A stretch of DNA of 20,569 nucleotides from Candidatus Heimdallarchaeota archaeon (GTDB lineage: Archaea; Asgardarchaeota; Heimdallarchaeia; Heimdallarchaeales; Heimdallarchaeaceae), in contig DAOVET010000043.1 in assembly GCA_030668825.1 (NCBI GenBank), forward strand, positions 1 through 20,569, in the 5' to 3' direction. The notes under the pieces are model-generated. The model saw only the letters and a list, made by a program, of their open reading frames with translations. It made no database searches and was not told the origin of the DNA. Position numbers and translations under genes: made by a program. Below, piece after piece: positions 8,726 through 17,536 of the stretch (the first letter of the stretch is position 1; every line of letters starts with the position of its first letter).

Positions 8726-10858
8726 TTATTCTTCTTCTGCTTCTTCTTCAATTTCAGTTGGAGCTGCGTAGAATGAAGCTAAACTCCCTGAGGGATTTGA
8801 TTGAATTGTTATTATAGGAGCTTTGAATCTTTTCCTAATATTTGTATGAGTAATGAGGAATATTTGAGAAAACTTCTCTTCCGCTACAAGACCTTCTATT
8901 ACTTTGGCTCTTCTTGCATCATCCAAAGATCCCAAAGGTTCATCTAGAACAAGAATATCCATCTTTGGAGGTTGATAAGGTGAAGCTTTGAGAGGTCTTA
9001 TTCTCTTTAAAAGCTCACTAATTCCAATTCTTAACCCTAAACCAATAGCTGCTTTATCTCCACCTGACAGTAGAGTTTGACTCTTAACGAACCCCAATAC
9101 TTCATCTTTTATACTCATATTCAGAGTCTTTGTTTTTGTTGGTTCCAAGTATAATTCAGAATATCTCCCGCGTGTGAATAGATAGATGTATCCTCTAGTT
9201 GAATGTTGTATATTTGCTAGCATTCTATTAGAAATCAGATCTTCCACAATAAATTTCTCAACATAGGTTTGAACTTCATTTAATAATGCAATTTCTAAGT
9301 CTATTTGAGCAGTTTTTTCTTCCTTTTCTTTATTTTCCTTTATTTGATTACTAAGCTTGTCAATTGTTGAATGATCTTTATCGATGGATTCCTTAATGTG
9401 CTTTTTTTGAACTGTGCTTCTATTAATATCATCATCTATTGTTTTTATATGATCAAAAAGCTCTTCAAAATTGCTTAATCCATATTTCTTAGCCATTTCT
9501 TCCAAACTTTTCACAGCGTAGCTCTTAAGAGATTCAGTTATTTTTGAAGATAATTTATCTTTATCAGAAGTAAATCCTTTTAATTCACCCAAATCCTCAA
9601 TTAATTCTTCTAATTTTACAGAATTTTGTCTTATTTTGAACATTGATTGATCAATATCCTTTATTTCAGTCTTCTTTGCTTTAATCAAGTCTTCCTTCTT
9701 TTTAATTCCTTTAGTGAGAGCAGGAATAGAGCGCTTTGACCGTTCCAATAGTTCATTGAATTTTTCTTCTTGGATATCTTGCTCACAAACATCACACTTT
9801 GGCTGACCACCTTTTTCAGCAATAGTTTCCAAACTTTTCTTCCTCTTATTGAAGTTTCCAAGATCTATATTAATGACTCTTCTTTCCTCTTCGAGTTTTT
9901 CTACTTCTTCTTGTATTTCATTCTGTTTAATCTCATTATCCTTAATCTGTTTTTCAAATTCATTGCTTTTTGATTCTATAGTTTTAAGTTCAATTGGAAT
10001 CTTTAGTGAAAATTTTTCTCCAGTTTCAGATATATTCTGCTGTTTCTTATTTATAATTGAATCTAATTGTTTTGTTCTATCAGTAAGCACATTAATTTTT
10101 TGGATTTCCTTTATTTCTGGAAATTGACTGGCATCAATTTGTAATATTTCTATTTTTTCATCAAAACCAAGTATATCTTTTTTAGCTTCTTCTATATTTT
10201 CCTTTTTCTCTTCAATCTCTTGCAGAATATTCTCTGTTGTTCTCTGAATGATATGTTTAAGCTTCTGGTTTTCAAAATTATTTTTCTTATCTTTTATAAG
10301 ACTCAGTGCTTTATCTCTATAATAATCCAATTGGAAGAGTTCATAGATAACATTTCTTAATTCTGCTCCTTTAGCTTCTGCTAAAGCTTGAACGGATCCT
10401 TGTCTTACTATGATGGTGTTCAAAGCCTTTTCTTTGTTAATATTAAGAAGATTTGTGAGTTTCTCCTCTACATCTGGTACTCCAGTGCAAAGTGTTTGTA
10501 TACCAGAGGTATTTCCAGCCATAGCTTCTTTTGAATCAATCCTCATAAGAAAAGCTTGAACAGCTGTTTTCTTACTATGGGTACGACGAACAATGTAACA
10601 TTTATCATCCAATTCAAATGCTACTTCAACATTTGTTTCTGAATATCCTCTTCTAATTAAATCATCCTTTGTCCCAATTTCTTTTGTAGTAGTTGGGTCA
10701 TAGAAGAAAGCATAGAATATTGCATCGAACAAGCTAGATTTACCAGTGGAATTTTCACCTTCAACAAAGAGAAGCCCTTCAGGCAGAATCCCTTGTGCAG
10801 GAACACGAATATTATTGTAACACTTAAAATTTTTAGCACTAAGCCACAAAATTCTCAT
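8726..10858 (-). CDS. rad50: DNA double-strand break repair ATPase Rad50 (SbcC family)
   Basis: KNFKCY, Walker A GENSTGKSS, Q-loop VRQG, coiled coil with central zinc hook CDVC (aa 355-358 of 710), signature LSGGD, Walker B/D-loop LDEPLGSLD, H-loop ITH. Directly follows mre11. Confidence 0.95.
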   Translation of the reverse strand: MRILWLSAKNFKCYNNIRVPAQGILPEGLLFVEGENSTGKSSLFDAIFYAFFYDPTTTKEIGTKDDLIRRGYSETNVEVAFELDDKCYIVRRTHSKKTAVQAFLMRIDSKEAMAGNTSGIQTLCTGVPDVEEKLTNLLNINKEKALNTIIVRQGSVQALAEAKGAELRNVIYELFQLDYYRDKALSLIKDKKNNFENQKLKHIIQRTTENILQEIEEKKENIEEAKKDILGFDEKIEILQIDASQFPEIKEIQKINVLTDRTKQLDSIINKKQQNISETGEKFSLKIPIELKTIESKSNEFEKQIKDNEIKQNEIQEEVEKLEEERRVINIDLGNFNKRKKSLETIAEKGGQPKCDVCEQDIQEEKFNELLERSKRSIPALTKGIKKKEDLIKAKKTEIKDIDQSMFKIRQNSVKLEELIEDLGELKGFTSDKDKLSSKITESLKSYAVKSLEEMAKKYGLSNFEELFDHIKTIDDDINRSTVQKKHIKESIDKDHSTIDKLSNQIKENKEKEEKTAQIDLEIALLNEVQTYVEKFIVEDLISNRMLANIQHSTRGYIYLFTRGRYSELYLEPTKTKTLNMSIKDEVLGFVKSQTLLSGGDKAAIGLGLRIGISELLKRIRPLKASPYQPPKMDILVLDEPLGSLDDARRAKVIEGLVAEEKFSQIFLITHTNIRKRFKAPIITIQSNPSGSLASFYAAPTEIEEEAEEE

Positions 10859-12139
10859 TTATTCCACCTCTTCCTCCTCAGTTGTACTAGTCATCGTTGA
10901 TGTGAATACTTCTTCAATGATTTTAGCTCCAATTTCAATTAACTGTTTTGCTTGTTTTTCGTTCTCTAAGCTTAAAGAACGAATATATTTCTCAAAATCA
11001 ACAACGGGATCTTCAATTAAGTAATCATATAGTTTAGCTCCTTTCTGAAGACTAACAGGGGCACTTTTGATTACTTCACCAGTATCCCATCTAAATTCAA
11101 GTATGTTATAATTATCAGTAAATACTTCTTTCTGAATCTCATTCAGGATATCCTCCATTCCCCACCAGTTAGATAAGAGCACTGCTCCATCAAATTTTAT
11201 TTTTAGCCTAACAGCTTTATCACCATCAAATTTATTCTTAAACTCTGCAATTTTTTTTCTTACTTCTTTTTCAAACCCTACTGTTGTTAGATCAGTATTA
11301 AGAGTATAGTCAATTTGTTTCATAGAGCGTATTGACTCAATTTTGATTGTTTTTACTATTGAATCCTTTCCTTTTTCAACATCTACTTCCAATACTCCCT
11401 TTACTTGGTTTCTTTCTGCAAAAGTATACCTTGCACTACTTCCACATTGCCAAGCATTTTTCTTGATTTTTCTTTGTTGATGATCATGACCTAGAGCTAC
11501 ATAATCATACTTGTAATTCAAGATAAGTTCATGTAAATCCATACCTCTTTCCATTCCATGTGCTACAGCTATAGATATTTTATCAGGGTCTGGTTGTTGA
11601 TTGTTTTGCAACCATTTCTCATATTCTTGTGCCCAGTTTTCTAATCTTCCAAATTTGAGATATGGAAACAAAAAGAATTTTACATCATCAAATTCTAAAG
11701 TTAAAGGTGTATTTTTCCTAATTGCATTTTTTAATTGATAGTTAGTGAAGATATGGATGTTCTTCGGAAAAGCTGCTTGGAGAAACTCAATTGTTGAATA
11801 ATTCCTAGTTAGATAAGTACCATGGTTTCCATCTATAATTATAAGCGGGATTTTAAACTCAGTTTTCTCGAAAAATTTTTTCAAGGCAGTTATTGCAAAT
11901 GTTCTAGAATATTCCGAAGGTCCAGAAAAATTTCTTCCTACGGGAATATCAAAGAAATCACCTGAATGAACTAGGTAATCACATTTCACTTCAGCTGCTA
12001 TATCTAATGCTTGCTTAAGCCCTAAGCAATAATCTTCTTCTATCCAAGTAACTCTATTGTGTATTTTCCATGAATCTTTAACGTTTCTAAATCTACGATG
12101 AGAGACATGTGAATCTGATATATGTAGAATCTTTACCAT
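10859..12139 (-). CDS. mre11: DNA double-strand break repair nuclease Mre11 (SbcD family)
   Basis: Metallophosphoesterase motifs HISDSH, SGDFFD, GNH(G), AHG, YVALGHDH, then GS..RYTFAE..KG. C-terminal helical segment fits a Rad50-binding helix-loop-helix. Stop abuts the rad50 ATG (TAAATG). Confidence 0.93.
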   Translation of the reverse strand: MVKILHISDSHVSHRRFRNVKDSWKIHNRVTWIEEDYCLGLKQALDIAAEVKCDYLVHSGDFFDIPVGRNFSGPSEYSRTFAITALKKFFEKTEFKIPLIIIDGNHGTYLTRNYSTIEFLQAAFPKNIHIFTNYQLKNAIRKNTPLTLEFDDVKFFLFPYLKFGRLENWAQEYEKWLQNNQQPDPDKISIAVAHGMERGMDLHELILNYKYDYVALGHDHQQRKIKKNAWQCGSSARYTFAERNQVKGVLEVDVEKGKDSIVKTIKIESIRSMKQIDYTLNTDLTTVGFEKEVRKKIAEFKNKFDGDKAVRLKIKFDGAVLLSNWWGMEDILNEIQKEVFTDNYNILEFRWDTGEVIKSAPVSLQKGAKLYDYLIEDPVVDFEKYIRSLSLENEKQAKQLIEIGAKIIEEVFTSTMTSTTEEEEVE

Positions 12140-12143
12140 ATTT

Positions 12144-12150
12144 TCACCTT
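12144..12150 (-). promoter_or_regulatory. Shine-Dalgarno for mre11
   Basis: AAGGTGA 4 nt upstream of the ATG, immediately after the herA stop. Confidence 0.7.
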
Positions 12151-13962
12151 TTAAAGTGGAACTTCTGTAGCTTTTGTTCTAGTCTTCTTAATTTTAAGTA
12201 CCTCAAATGGATTTGTAAAGAAAGGGAGTTCTTCTTCTATATACAGTGGTACATTGCTTACTTTTACTGGCAGGGGAATATTTTTCAGTGAATTGGTTAA
12301 AATCGCTTCTCCTCTACTTAGAACTTTGAATTCGTTCTCATACCCAGATATATTATTACTCGCATTTACAATTGCTTGCTTGATTTCAATCTCATTTCCA
12401 AGCATCATATTCAATTCAGTATTTGTGTTAGCTAGTATTATGGGTTCCATTGAAGAAATATTCTGTGTTATCAATAACAAACCAATTCTGAACTTCCTAC
12501 CTTGTCTAGAGATATCAATGAAAATATTCCCTTCTTTTGACATTTGAGAGCCTAGAATGCTTGGAGCTTCTTCAACTGTTATCATCACTATTGGCAAATC
12601 CTTGATATTTTTCATCACAAAATCATTGCCTTTCTTTCCTTCTACGTAAAGATCTTTTATTGAATATTTTGAGCTGGGTGATTCACCCAAAAGCTCATTA
12701 GCAATTTTCTTAGGTAATTTTGAATAAACTTGTTCCTTGAATTGACTCCATTTAGTTGAGGACATTAAAGATTGGCGAACAGAGAAAAGTGTCCTTGCAA
12801 TCATAGTAATTACAACAAACTGCTCATTTGAAGAGAGCAAAGCTGTACTAAAATTATAGAAGTGTCCTTGCTCTAGATTATATATTATTTCAGCTAAATC
12901 ACTAAATTCATCTTCTGTGAAAATGGGGGATTTAATGATTGGATATAATCTTCGTTGTACTGCGTTTTTTGTTCCTTTAGCAAAACCCAAATCTTCAGCT
13001 TCATCCATTTTCTCTATTTTTGTGACCCAGTCTTCTTCAACACCTCTAGCTCTGTTCATGAATCCAACCATTTGATCAGATACGAACATGACAGAAGTGA
13101 TATCACTAACAAAGAGATCTTCACGCCTGAATCTAATAGGTTTAGCGATTTTTTGCATTTCTGTAGGTATAGCTTCAAGCTCTCTTGTTAGGTAGAATTT
13201 ATCAGCAAATATTGCATCAAATTGATCATTTCCTCCTTTCAGAGTAGCATCAGCTATATCCATAATACCATGCTGTTTATTCTGAAAAGGTAATCCTCGC
13301 ATATATTCATCATGAACATCTACCATAAAAACTGAAACTTTGTTTCTTATATCTTCATTTTTAGCCCATTTTGTTAAGTTACTCTTCAGAGCAGAGGTGA
13401 TAAAAGTCAACATAAAGAAGGATTTACCAGCACCTGTGGTTCCTGCAACTTGCACATGCATAGGAAGAGAATCTAAATCTATTTTGATTGGTATATCCAT
13501 TGAAGATGTACCAATTAATAATCTTCCAATTTCAATATCTTTTCCTATCTCATCTTGTAATAACATTGATAAGGCTTCTGAGCACTCAGCTCCTCTATAA
13601 ACATCTGAGAAATGAGGTGGGAGAATCCTAGGTTTCTTAAATTCCCATTTCTTTTGATCAACATTGTATTCACTATAACCCATCAATAATCCTTGAACCT
13701 TGACGAACTTATCAGATTCAATTCGGGCTATATACGCATCTCTATTGTTCAAGAAATTTCCTGCAATATCAGTCATATCCGGGGCTTTGCGTATTATATT
13801 CTCATAATTCATTACCCTAAACAAAAATACTTGATATCCTTCAACTGGTTTAATAATTAGTATTTCTCCAATCTGAAATCTAATATCAGCACATACTACT
13901 TTAAGTGTCGAAATATCTCCTTCTGCAAGAATTCCAATTCTTTCTGGTAAAACTAATTCCAC
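12151..13962 (-). CDS. herA: HerA/FtsK-family DNA translocase (bipolar helicase HerA)
   Basis: N-terminal beta-rich HAS-barrel-like region, H.QVAGTTGAGKS Walker A, VDVHDEY, Walker B ITVEEAP, RQGRKF.IGLLLITQ, LSRGEAIL. Lies between nurA and mre11. GTG start. Confidence 0.93.
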   Translation of the reverse strand: MELVLPERIGILAEGDISTLKVVCADIRFQIGEILIIKPVEGYQVFLFRVMNYENIIRKAPDMTDIAGNFLNNRDAYIARIESDKFVKVQGLLMGYSEYNVDQKKWEFKKPRILPPHFSDVYRGAECSEALSMLLQDEIGKDIEIGRLLIGTSSMDIPIKIDLDSLPMHVQVAGTTGAGKSFFMLTFITSALKSNLTKWAKNEDIRNKVSVFMVDVHDEYMRGLPFQNKQHGIMDIADATLKGGNDQFDAIFADKFYLTRELEAIPTEMQKIAKPIRFRREDLFVSDITSVMFVSDQMVGFMNRARGVEEDWVTKIEKMDEAEDLGFAKGTKNAVQRRLYPIIKSPIFTEDEFSDLAEIIYNLEQGHFYNFSTALLSSNEQFVVITMIARTLFSVRQSLMSSTKWSQFKEQVYSKLPKKIANELLGESPSSKYSIKDLYVEGKKGNDFVMKNIKDLPIVMITVEEAPSILGSQMSKEGNIFIDISRQGRKFRIGLLLITQNISSMEPIILANTNTELNMMLGNEIEIKQAIVNASNNISGYENEFKVLSRGEAILTNSLKNIPLPVKVSNVPLYIEEELPFFTNPFEVLKIKKTRTKATEVPL

Positions 13963-13967
13963 TCATA

Positions 13968-13974
13968 TCACCTT
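13968..13974 (-). promoter_or_regulatory. Shine-Dalgarno for herA
   Basis: AAGGTGA 5 nt upstream of the GTG at 13962. Confidence 0.65.
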
Positions 13975-13980
13975 CTCTTA

Positions 13981-15303
13981 TCACATTAATCCTAATCTTC
14001 TTCTTGGATGTATAAACATTTTTGGGTTCTCTCCCTTTGATGCAAAATAATAAATTAATCTGTCAGCTACTTCATCTCTATCAGCAAAACGAACTACTGT
14101 AGAGTTGTGCGCAAAAGCCAGATCAAAGAAGTAACCAAAATATCTAACATCTCTTGCTAACCAATCTATATCCTGAAAGAGAGCAATCTCTTTTTTCTTT
14201 TCCATTTTCTTATCTGTTGAATGAATATTTTCATACCACCATTTCTCATCAAAATCAATTCTCAATACAGGTATTTCTGAAGAGAAATGAAACAGATAGG
14301 TTACTCCATAAGCTGGAGGAATATGTGGTCGATCCTTGAGAATATTCAATATATGACCATCTCTTTTTTTAGTAGGTATTTTTAGGAACCATTTTTTTTC
14401 TGCTCCTAGTTCTTTTTCTATGTCCTGAGCCAACCTATAGATAAAAGGAAAAGTAGTTGTTTTACTAACTGCTACAACGCAAGTTTTTTTCTGGAGAGCT
14501 TTCAAATTTATATCTCTCAAGAGATAATTTGAAGCTAAACGTGGTTGATTCTGTCCTGGAGACATCAACATATTCATTGAACCATCTATGAACAGATACT
14601 TGAAATGAACGTCAGACTGTAAAAGAGAATGAGACATTGAATATTCGAGAACCTCTCGATATTGCTCGAACCAACCCCTTGGAGCGTTCGCACGAGGAGA
14701 AACCATCCAGGATGAATATTTATCAAAATTTTCTTTGGAGAGATTTAGTCCAATTTTAATTGCAGCTATTTTGATGTCAGCTTCAGTATCTAATTTAGGA
14801 AGAGGATCATTAGGTTTACTCATTTTGTAAGCTGTTGCTACGATATCTTTTATTACTCTGAAAATAACATCGATGAGTTTTTCACCATAATTATATATGA
14901 TAAAGTCTTCAAAATCTTCCCAAACCTCATCCTTCTTATCTTCTCGTAGTAATATTAACCTTGTAATCCCTTCTGGATTTGTACAAACAGGAGGAGTTTG
15001 ATTTATTCTGCTTGTTGTTCCCATTGAGAAATTAGTTTTATCAGCTGCAAAGGAAGCTGTCAATAAATGTATGGAAATATCGTTCAGAGAAACAATACTT
15101 TCAGCTCCTGACCCATCTACAGCAGCAGAATTAAAATCATCTTTGGTACATGTGGATGGACAAGGGTCAAAAACGGTAATAAATTTAGAAAGATAATTTA
15201 AATCCTCTCGATAAGCTTCATCTGTTGACATTTCTATTGATTTGAATTTAGTATATATTTTTTCAAATTCTCTTTCTATTGTTTTGTCGAAAAAAACTTG
15301 CAT
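13981..15303 (-). CDS. nurA: DNA double-strand break repair nuclease NurA (RNase H-like fold)
   Basis: AAVDGS, REVLE, FIDGS, VAVSK, LRID, GYFFDLAFAH (cf. GYPxxLxxAH). First gene of the operon with herA/mre11/rad50. Confidence 0.9.
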   Translation of the reverse strand: MQVFFDKTIEREFEKIYTKFKSIEMSTDEAYREDLNYLSKFITVFDPCPSTCTKDDFNSAAVDGSGAESIVSLNDISIHLLTASFAADKTNFSMGTTSRINQTPPVCTNPEGITRLILLREDKKDEVWEDFEDFIIYNYGEKLIDVIFRVIKDIVATAYKMSKPNDPLPKLDTEADIKIAAIKIGLNLSKENFDKYSSWMVSPRANAPRGWFEQYREVLEYSMSHSLLQSDVHFKYLFIDGSMNMLMSPGQNQPRLASNYLLRDINLKALQKKTCVVAVSKTTTFPFIYRLAQDIEKELGAEKKWFLKIPTKKRDGHILNILKDRPHIPPAYGVTYLFHFSSEIPVLRIDFDEKWWYENIHSTDKKMEKKKEIALFQDIDWLARDVRYFGYFFDLAFAHNSTVVRFADRDEVADRLIYYFASKGENPKMFIHPRRRLGLM

Positions 15304-15310
15304 TAAATAG

Positions 15311-15353
15311 CTCCTCCATTGAATTAAGTTAGGATATTATTAAAATATTTTTG
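15311..15353 (-). promoter_or_regulatory. Putative promoter (BRE/TATA) and Shine-Dalgarno of the nurA operon
   Basis: Minus strand CAAAAATA-TTTTAATAA (15353-15337), then GGAGGAG (15317-15311) 7 nt before the ATG. Confidence 0.55.
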
Positions 15354-15452
15354 GACTGTAGATTAAAAGTGTTGAAAGTGAAGGAAGTTTTTGTCGGTAA
15401 AAGAAATCTAGAGGAAAGCTTCAGTAAACCAAACAAAAAATCAACAGCAGAT

Positions 15453-15460
15453 TTTATAAA
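15453..15460 (+). promoter_or_regulatory. TATA box for the VIT1/CCC1 gene
   Basis: TTTATAAA preceded by CAGCAGA, 34 nt upstream of the TTG at 15495. Confidence 0.5.
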
Positions 15461-15494
15461 GGAATATCAATAAATTAATTTAGGGAAAAGTTAA

Positions 15495-16082
15495 TTGAAA
15501 AGCATTCGTGAAATCAGAGACTTCTTGTCTATGACCGAGGGAGAAAACATTTTACGCAGATATTTTGTAATGAATGGGTTTGATGGTGCCCTTACTGCAC
15601 TTGGAATAATCTTAGGATCTTTAATCGCTAGGAACTTTGCAAGTCCTGAACAACTCATTCTTTCTGGTATTGGTGCAAGTATAGCTATGGGAGTATCAGG
15701 TTTTTGGATCGCCTATCTAACTGAAAAAGCAGAAAGAACTAGAGAGAGAAAAGAATTGGAAAAGAGTATGGTTACTGATCTTAATAACACTCGGATATCG
15801 AAAGCAAACTTCTGGACTTCAATAGTTATTGGTGCAGTAGATGGTTTATCGCCATTTATATTCTCGTTGATAGCAATTTCTCCATTTTTCTTTGTATTGG
15901 TAGGATTAACCATGCAAGTAGCTTATATTATCTCAATCTCTGTAATTGTTGTTGAAGTGATTATTCTGGGACTTTTCCTTGGAGCAGTTTCGAAAGAAAA
16001 CAAGATTTTCTATGCTATAAAGATCATTCCCGCAGCTCTACTGGTTGCTGGTTTAACATTCCTGTTAGAATTATTATTCTAA
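15495..16082 (+). CDS. VIT1/CCC1 family metal (Fe/Mn) transporter
   Basis: RRYFVMNGFDGALTALG, IAMGVSG..AYLTEKAE, about five hydrophobic helices. Confidence 0.88.
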   Translation: MKSIREIRDFLSMTEGENILRRYFVMNGFDGALTALGIILGSLIARNFASPEQLILSGIGASIAMGVSGFWIAYLTEKAERTRERKELEKSMVTDLNNTRISKANFWTSIVIGAVDGLSPFIFSLIAISPFFFVLVGLTMQVAYIISISVIVVEVIILGLFLGAVSKENKIFYAIKIIPAALLVAGLTFLLELLF

Positions 16083-16139
16083 CCTCACTATTTTTCATTT
16101 TTGGATAAAACTAAAAAATACTAACGTTTACATATTCTT

Positions 16140-17498
16140 ATGTCCAAAAAAAAGCAAAAACAAAAACATACTGATGTTATTATTGTTGGAGCTGGAATAG
16201 CAGGGTGTGTTTTAGCTTTTCATTTAGCTAATTCTAGGTTTGAAGTTAAAGTATTTGAAAAAGAAAAGCGAGATAACTTAGGACAAGATTGGTGTGATTC
16301 AGTAGAGAAAAAAGCTTTTGCTTACGCAAATATACCTCCGCCTAAAGGCAAAGAAAGAAAGAATGATAGAGACCATTTAGTAATTCTATCTCCTGATTTC
16401 CAGAATACTATTCATCTAAACCATTATGATTATTGGATTGTAGATAGAAAATTATTCCAAGAAAGATTAGTAGCACTTGCAGAGAAAGCTGGTGCAGAAT
16501 TTAATTTTGGCATAGAAATAGTTGAACCTATAGGAAGAGGACAATGGGTAGTAGGAGTAAAAACCAAAGAGGAAAAAGTGGAAAATGCTCGTATTGTTAT
16601 TGACTGTTCAGGTAAAGATAGGATTTTAGCTAAAAATATAGAAATTTTGGACTTAAACGTTGAAATGAAGAAAAAAGATAAAGTTAAAGCATATCGAGAA
16701 TTGCACAAAGTTACTGATGGGAAAATAGATTGGAAAAATATACCAATCGATAAAAATCTTCTATACTATCGCTATGGGTTTGAAAAAGGTTTCAGCTGGT
16801 TAAACTTTGAAGATAACAATCATCTAGACATAGGATCAGGAGTTGGAAAAGGATATTCTGATAGATCTCCTAAAGCAATTGTAAATGATTTTATTAATTC
16901 TAAAAGTAATGTTGAAAATGAAAAAATACGCGGTGGGGGCGGAGACATACTAATCAGAAGACCCACTACTATGGTTTGGTATGGATTTCTAGCTGTTGGT
17001 GAAGCTGCTTGTCAAGTTGTACCTACAAACGGATGTGGAATAGGTCCAGCGATGATAGCCGCAAAGATGGCAGCTGAGGTTGCTGCAGATGCATTGAGAA
17101 GAAAAGAAGTTTCAATAAACAGCTTATGGCAATATCAAGTCAATTTCATAGAAGAGAGAGGAAGGGATCATGCAGCACTAGATATGCTGAAAAGACATGT
17201 TCTTCTGTTTAGTCAAGAAGAATTTTCTTTCCTTCTAAATAAGGGAATTGTGACAAAGAATGACTTAGAACTTATGATTCACGGAAAATATAAAAAAATA
17301 GGATTATTAAAGATGTTTTTGACCTTTTTCAAGGGGATAAAAAGAATGAAACTAATGCTAAAGATGAGAAAAGCAGCAGTGATGTCTAATAGAATTTATA
17401 GTCACTATAAGAAAATGCCTAAGGAATATAATTCTAGAAAGTATCTTGAATGGCTACTTGGACATATGTCTTTATTTGAGGAAATAGAACAAAAATAG
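16140..17498 (+). CDS. FAD-dependent oxidoreductase, geranylgeranyl reductase/FixC family (divergent)
   Basis: DVIIVGAGIAG Rossmann motif, VFEK, DRK.F...L, VIDCSG, LAVGEAACQVVPTNGCGIGPAM. Confidence 0.85.
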   Translation: MSKKKQKQKHTDVIIVGAGIAGCVLAFHLANSRFEVKVFEKEKRDNLGQDWCDSVEKKAFAYANIPPPKGKERKNDRDHLVILSPDFQNTIHLNHYDYWIVDRKLFQERLVALAEKAGAEFNFGIEIVEPIGRGQWVVGVKTKEEKVENARIVIDCSGKDRILAKNIEILDLNVEMKKKDKVKAYRELHKVTDGKIDWKNIPIDKNLLYYRYGFEKGFSWLNFEDNNHLDIGSGVGKGYSDRSPKAIVNDFINSKSNVENEKIRGGGGDILIRRPTTMVWYGFLAVGEAACQVVPTNGCGIGPAMIAAKMAAEVAADALRRKEVSINSLWQYQVNFIEERGRDHAALDMLKRHVLLFSQEEFSFLLNKGIVTKNDLELMIHGKYKKIGLLKMFLTFFKGIKRMKLMLKMRKAAVMSNRIYSHYKKMPKEYNSRKYLEWLLGHMSLFEEIEQK

Positions 17499-17536
17499 TG
17501 ATTTTTAGCAGTTAGATTTAAAACAAGAGAACATTA

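Noticed and set aside
8726-10858. SMC/Wadjet (JetC) or Lamassu-type ATPase
   Set aside because: The central CxxC hook, absence of an SMC hinge and adjacent Mre11 identify Rad50.
10859-10885. Acidic tail of Mre11 (EEEEVE), and similarly of the ABC ATPase (EEEES), as a functional motif
   Set aside because: These codons form the GAGG-rich Shine-Dalgarno of the next gene, which is enough to explain them.
13901-13966. Short out-of-frame ATG ORF overlapping the herA start
   Set aside because: The ATG is only 1 nt from the GGTGA, too close for use. The spacing fits the GTG of herA.
12151-15303. HerA-nuclease pair as an anti-phage system (Sir2-HerA, HerA-DUF4297 type)
   Set aside because: The partner is a recognisable NurA coupled to mre11-rad50, and there is no defence-island or mobile context. 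Housekeeping resection is the simpler reading.
1-15303. uvrA and the resection operon as one DNA-repair supercluster
   Set aside because: They are about 7 kb apart, on opposite strands and separated by unrelated metabolic genes; no shared operator was seen.
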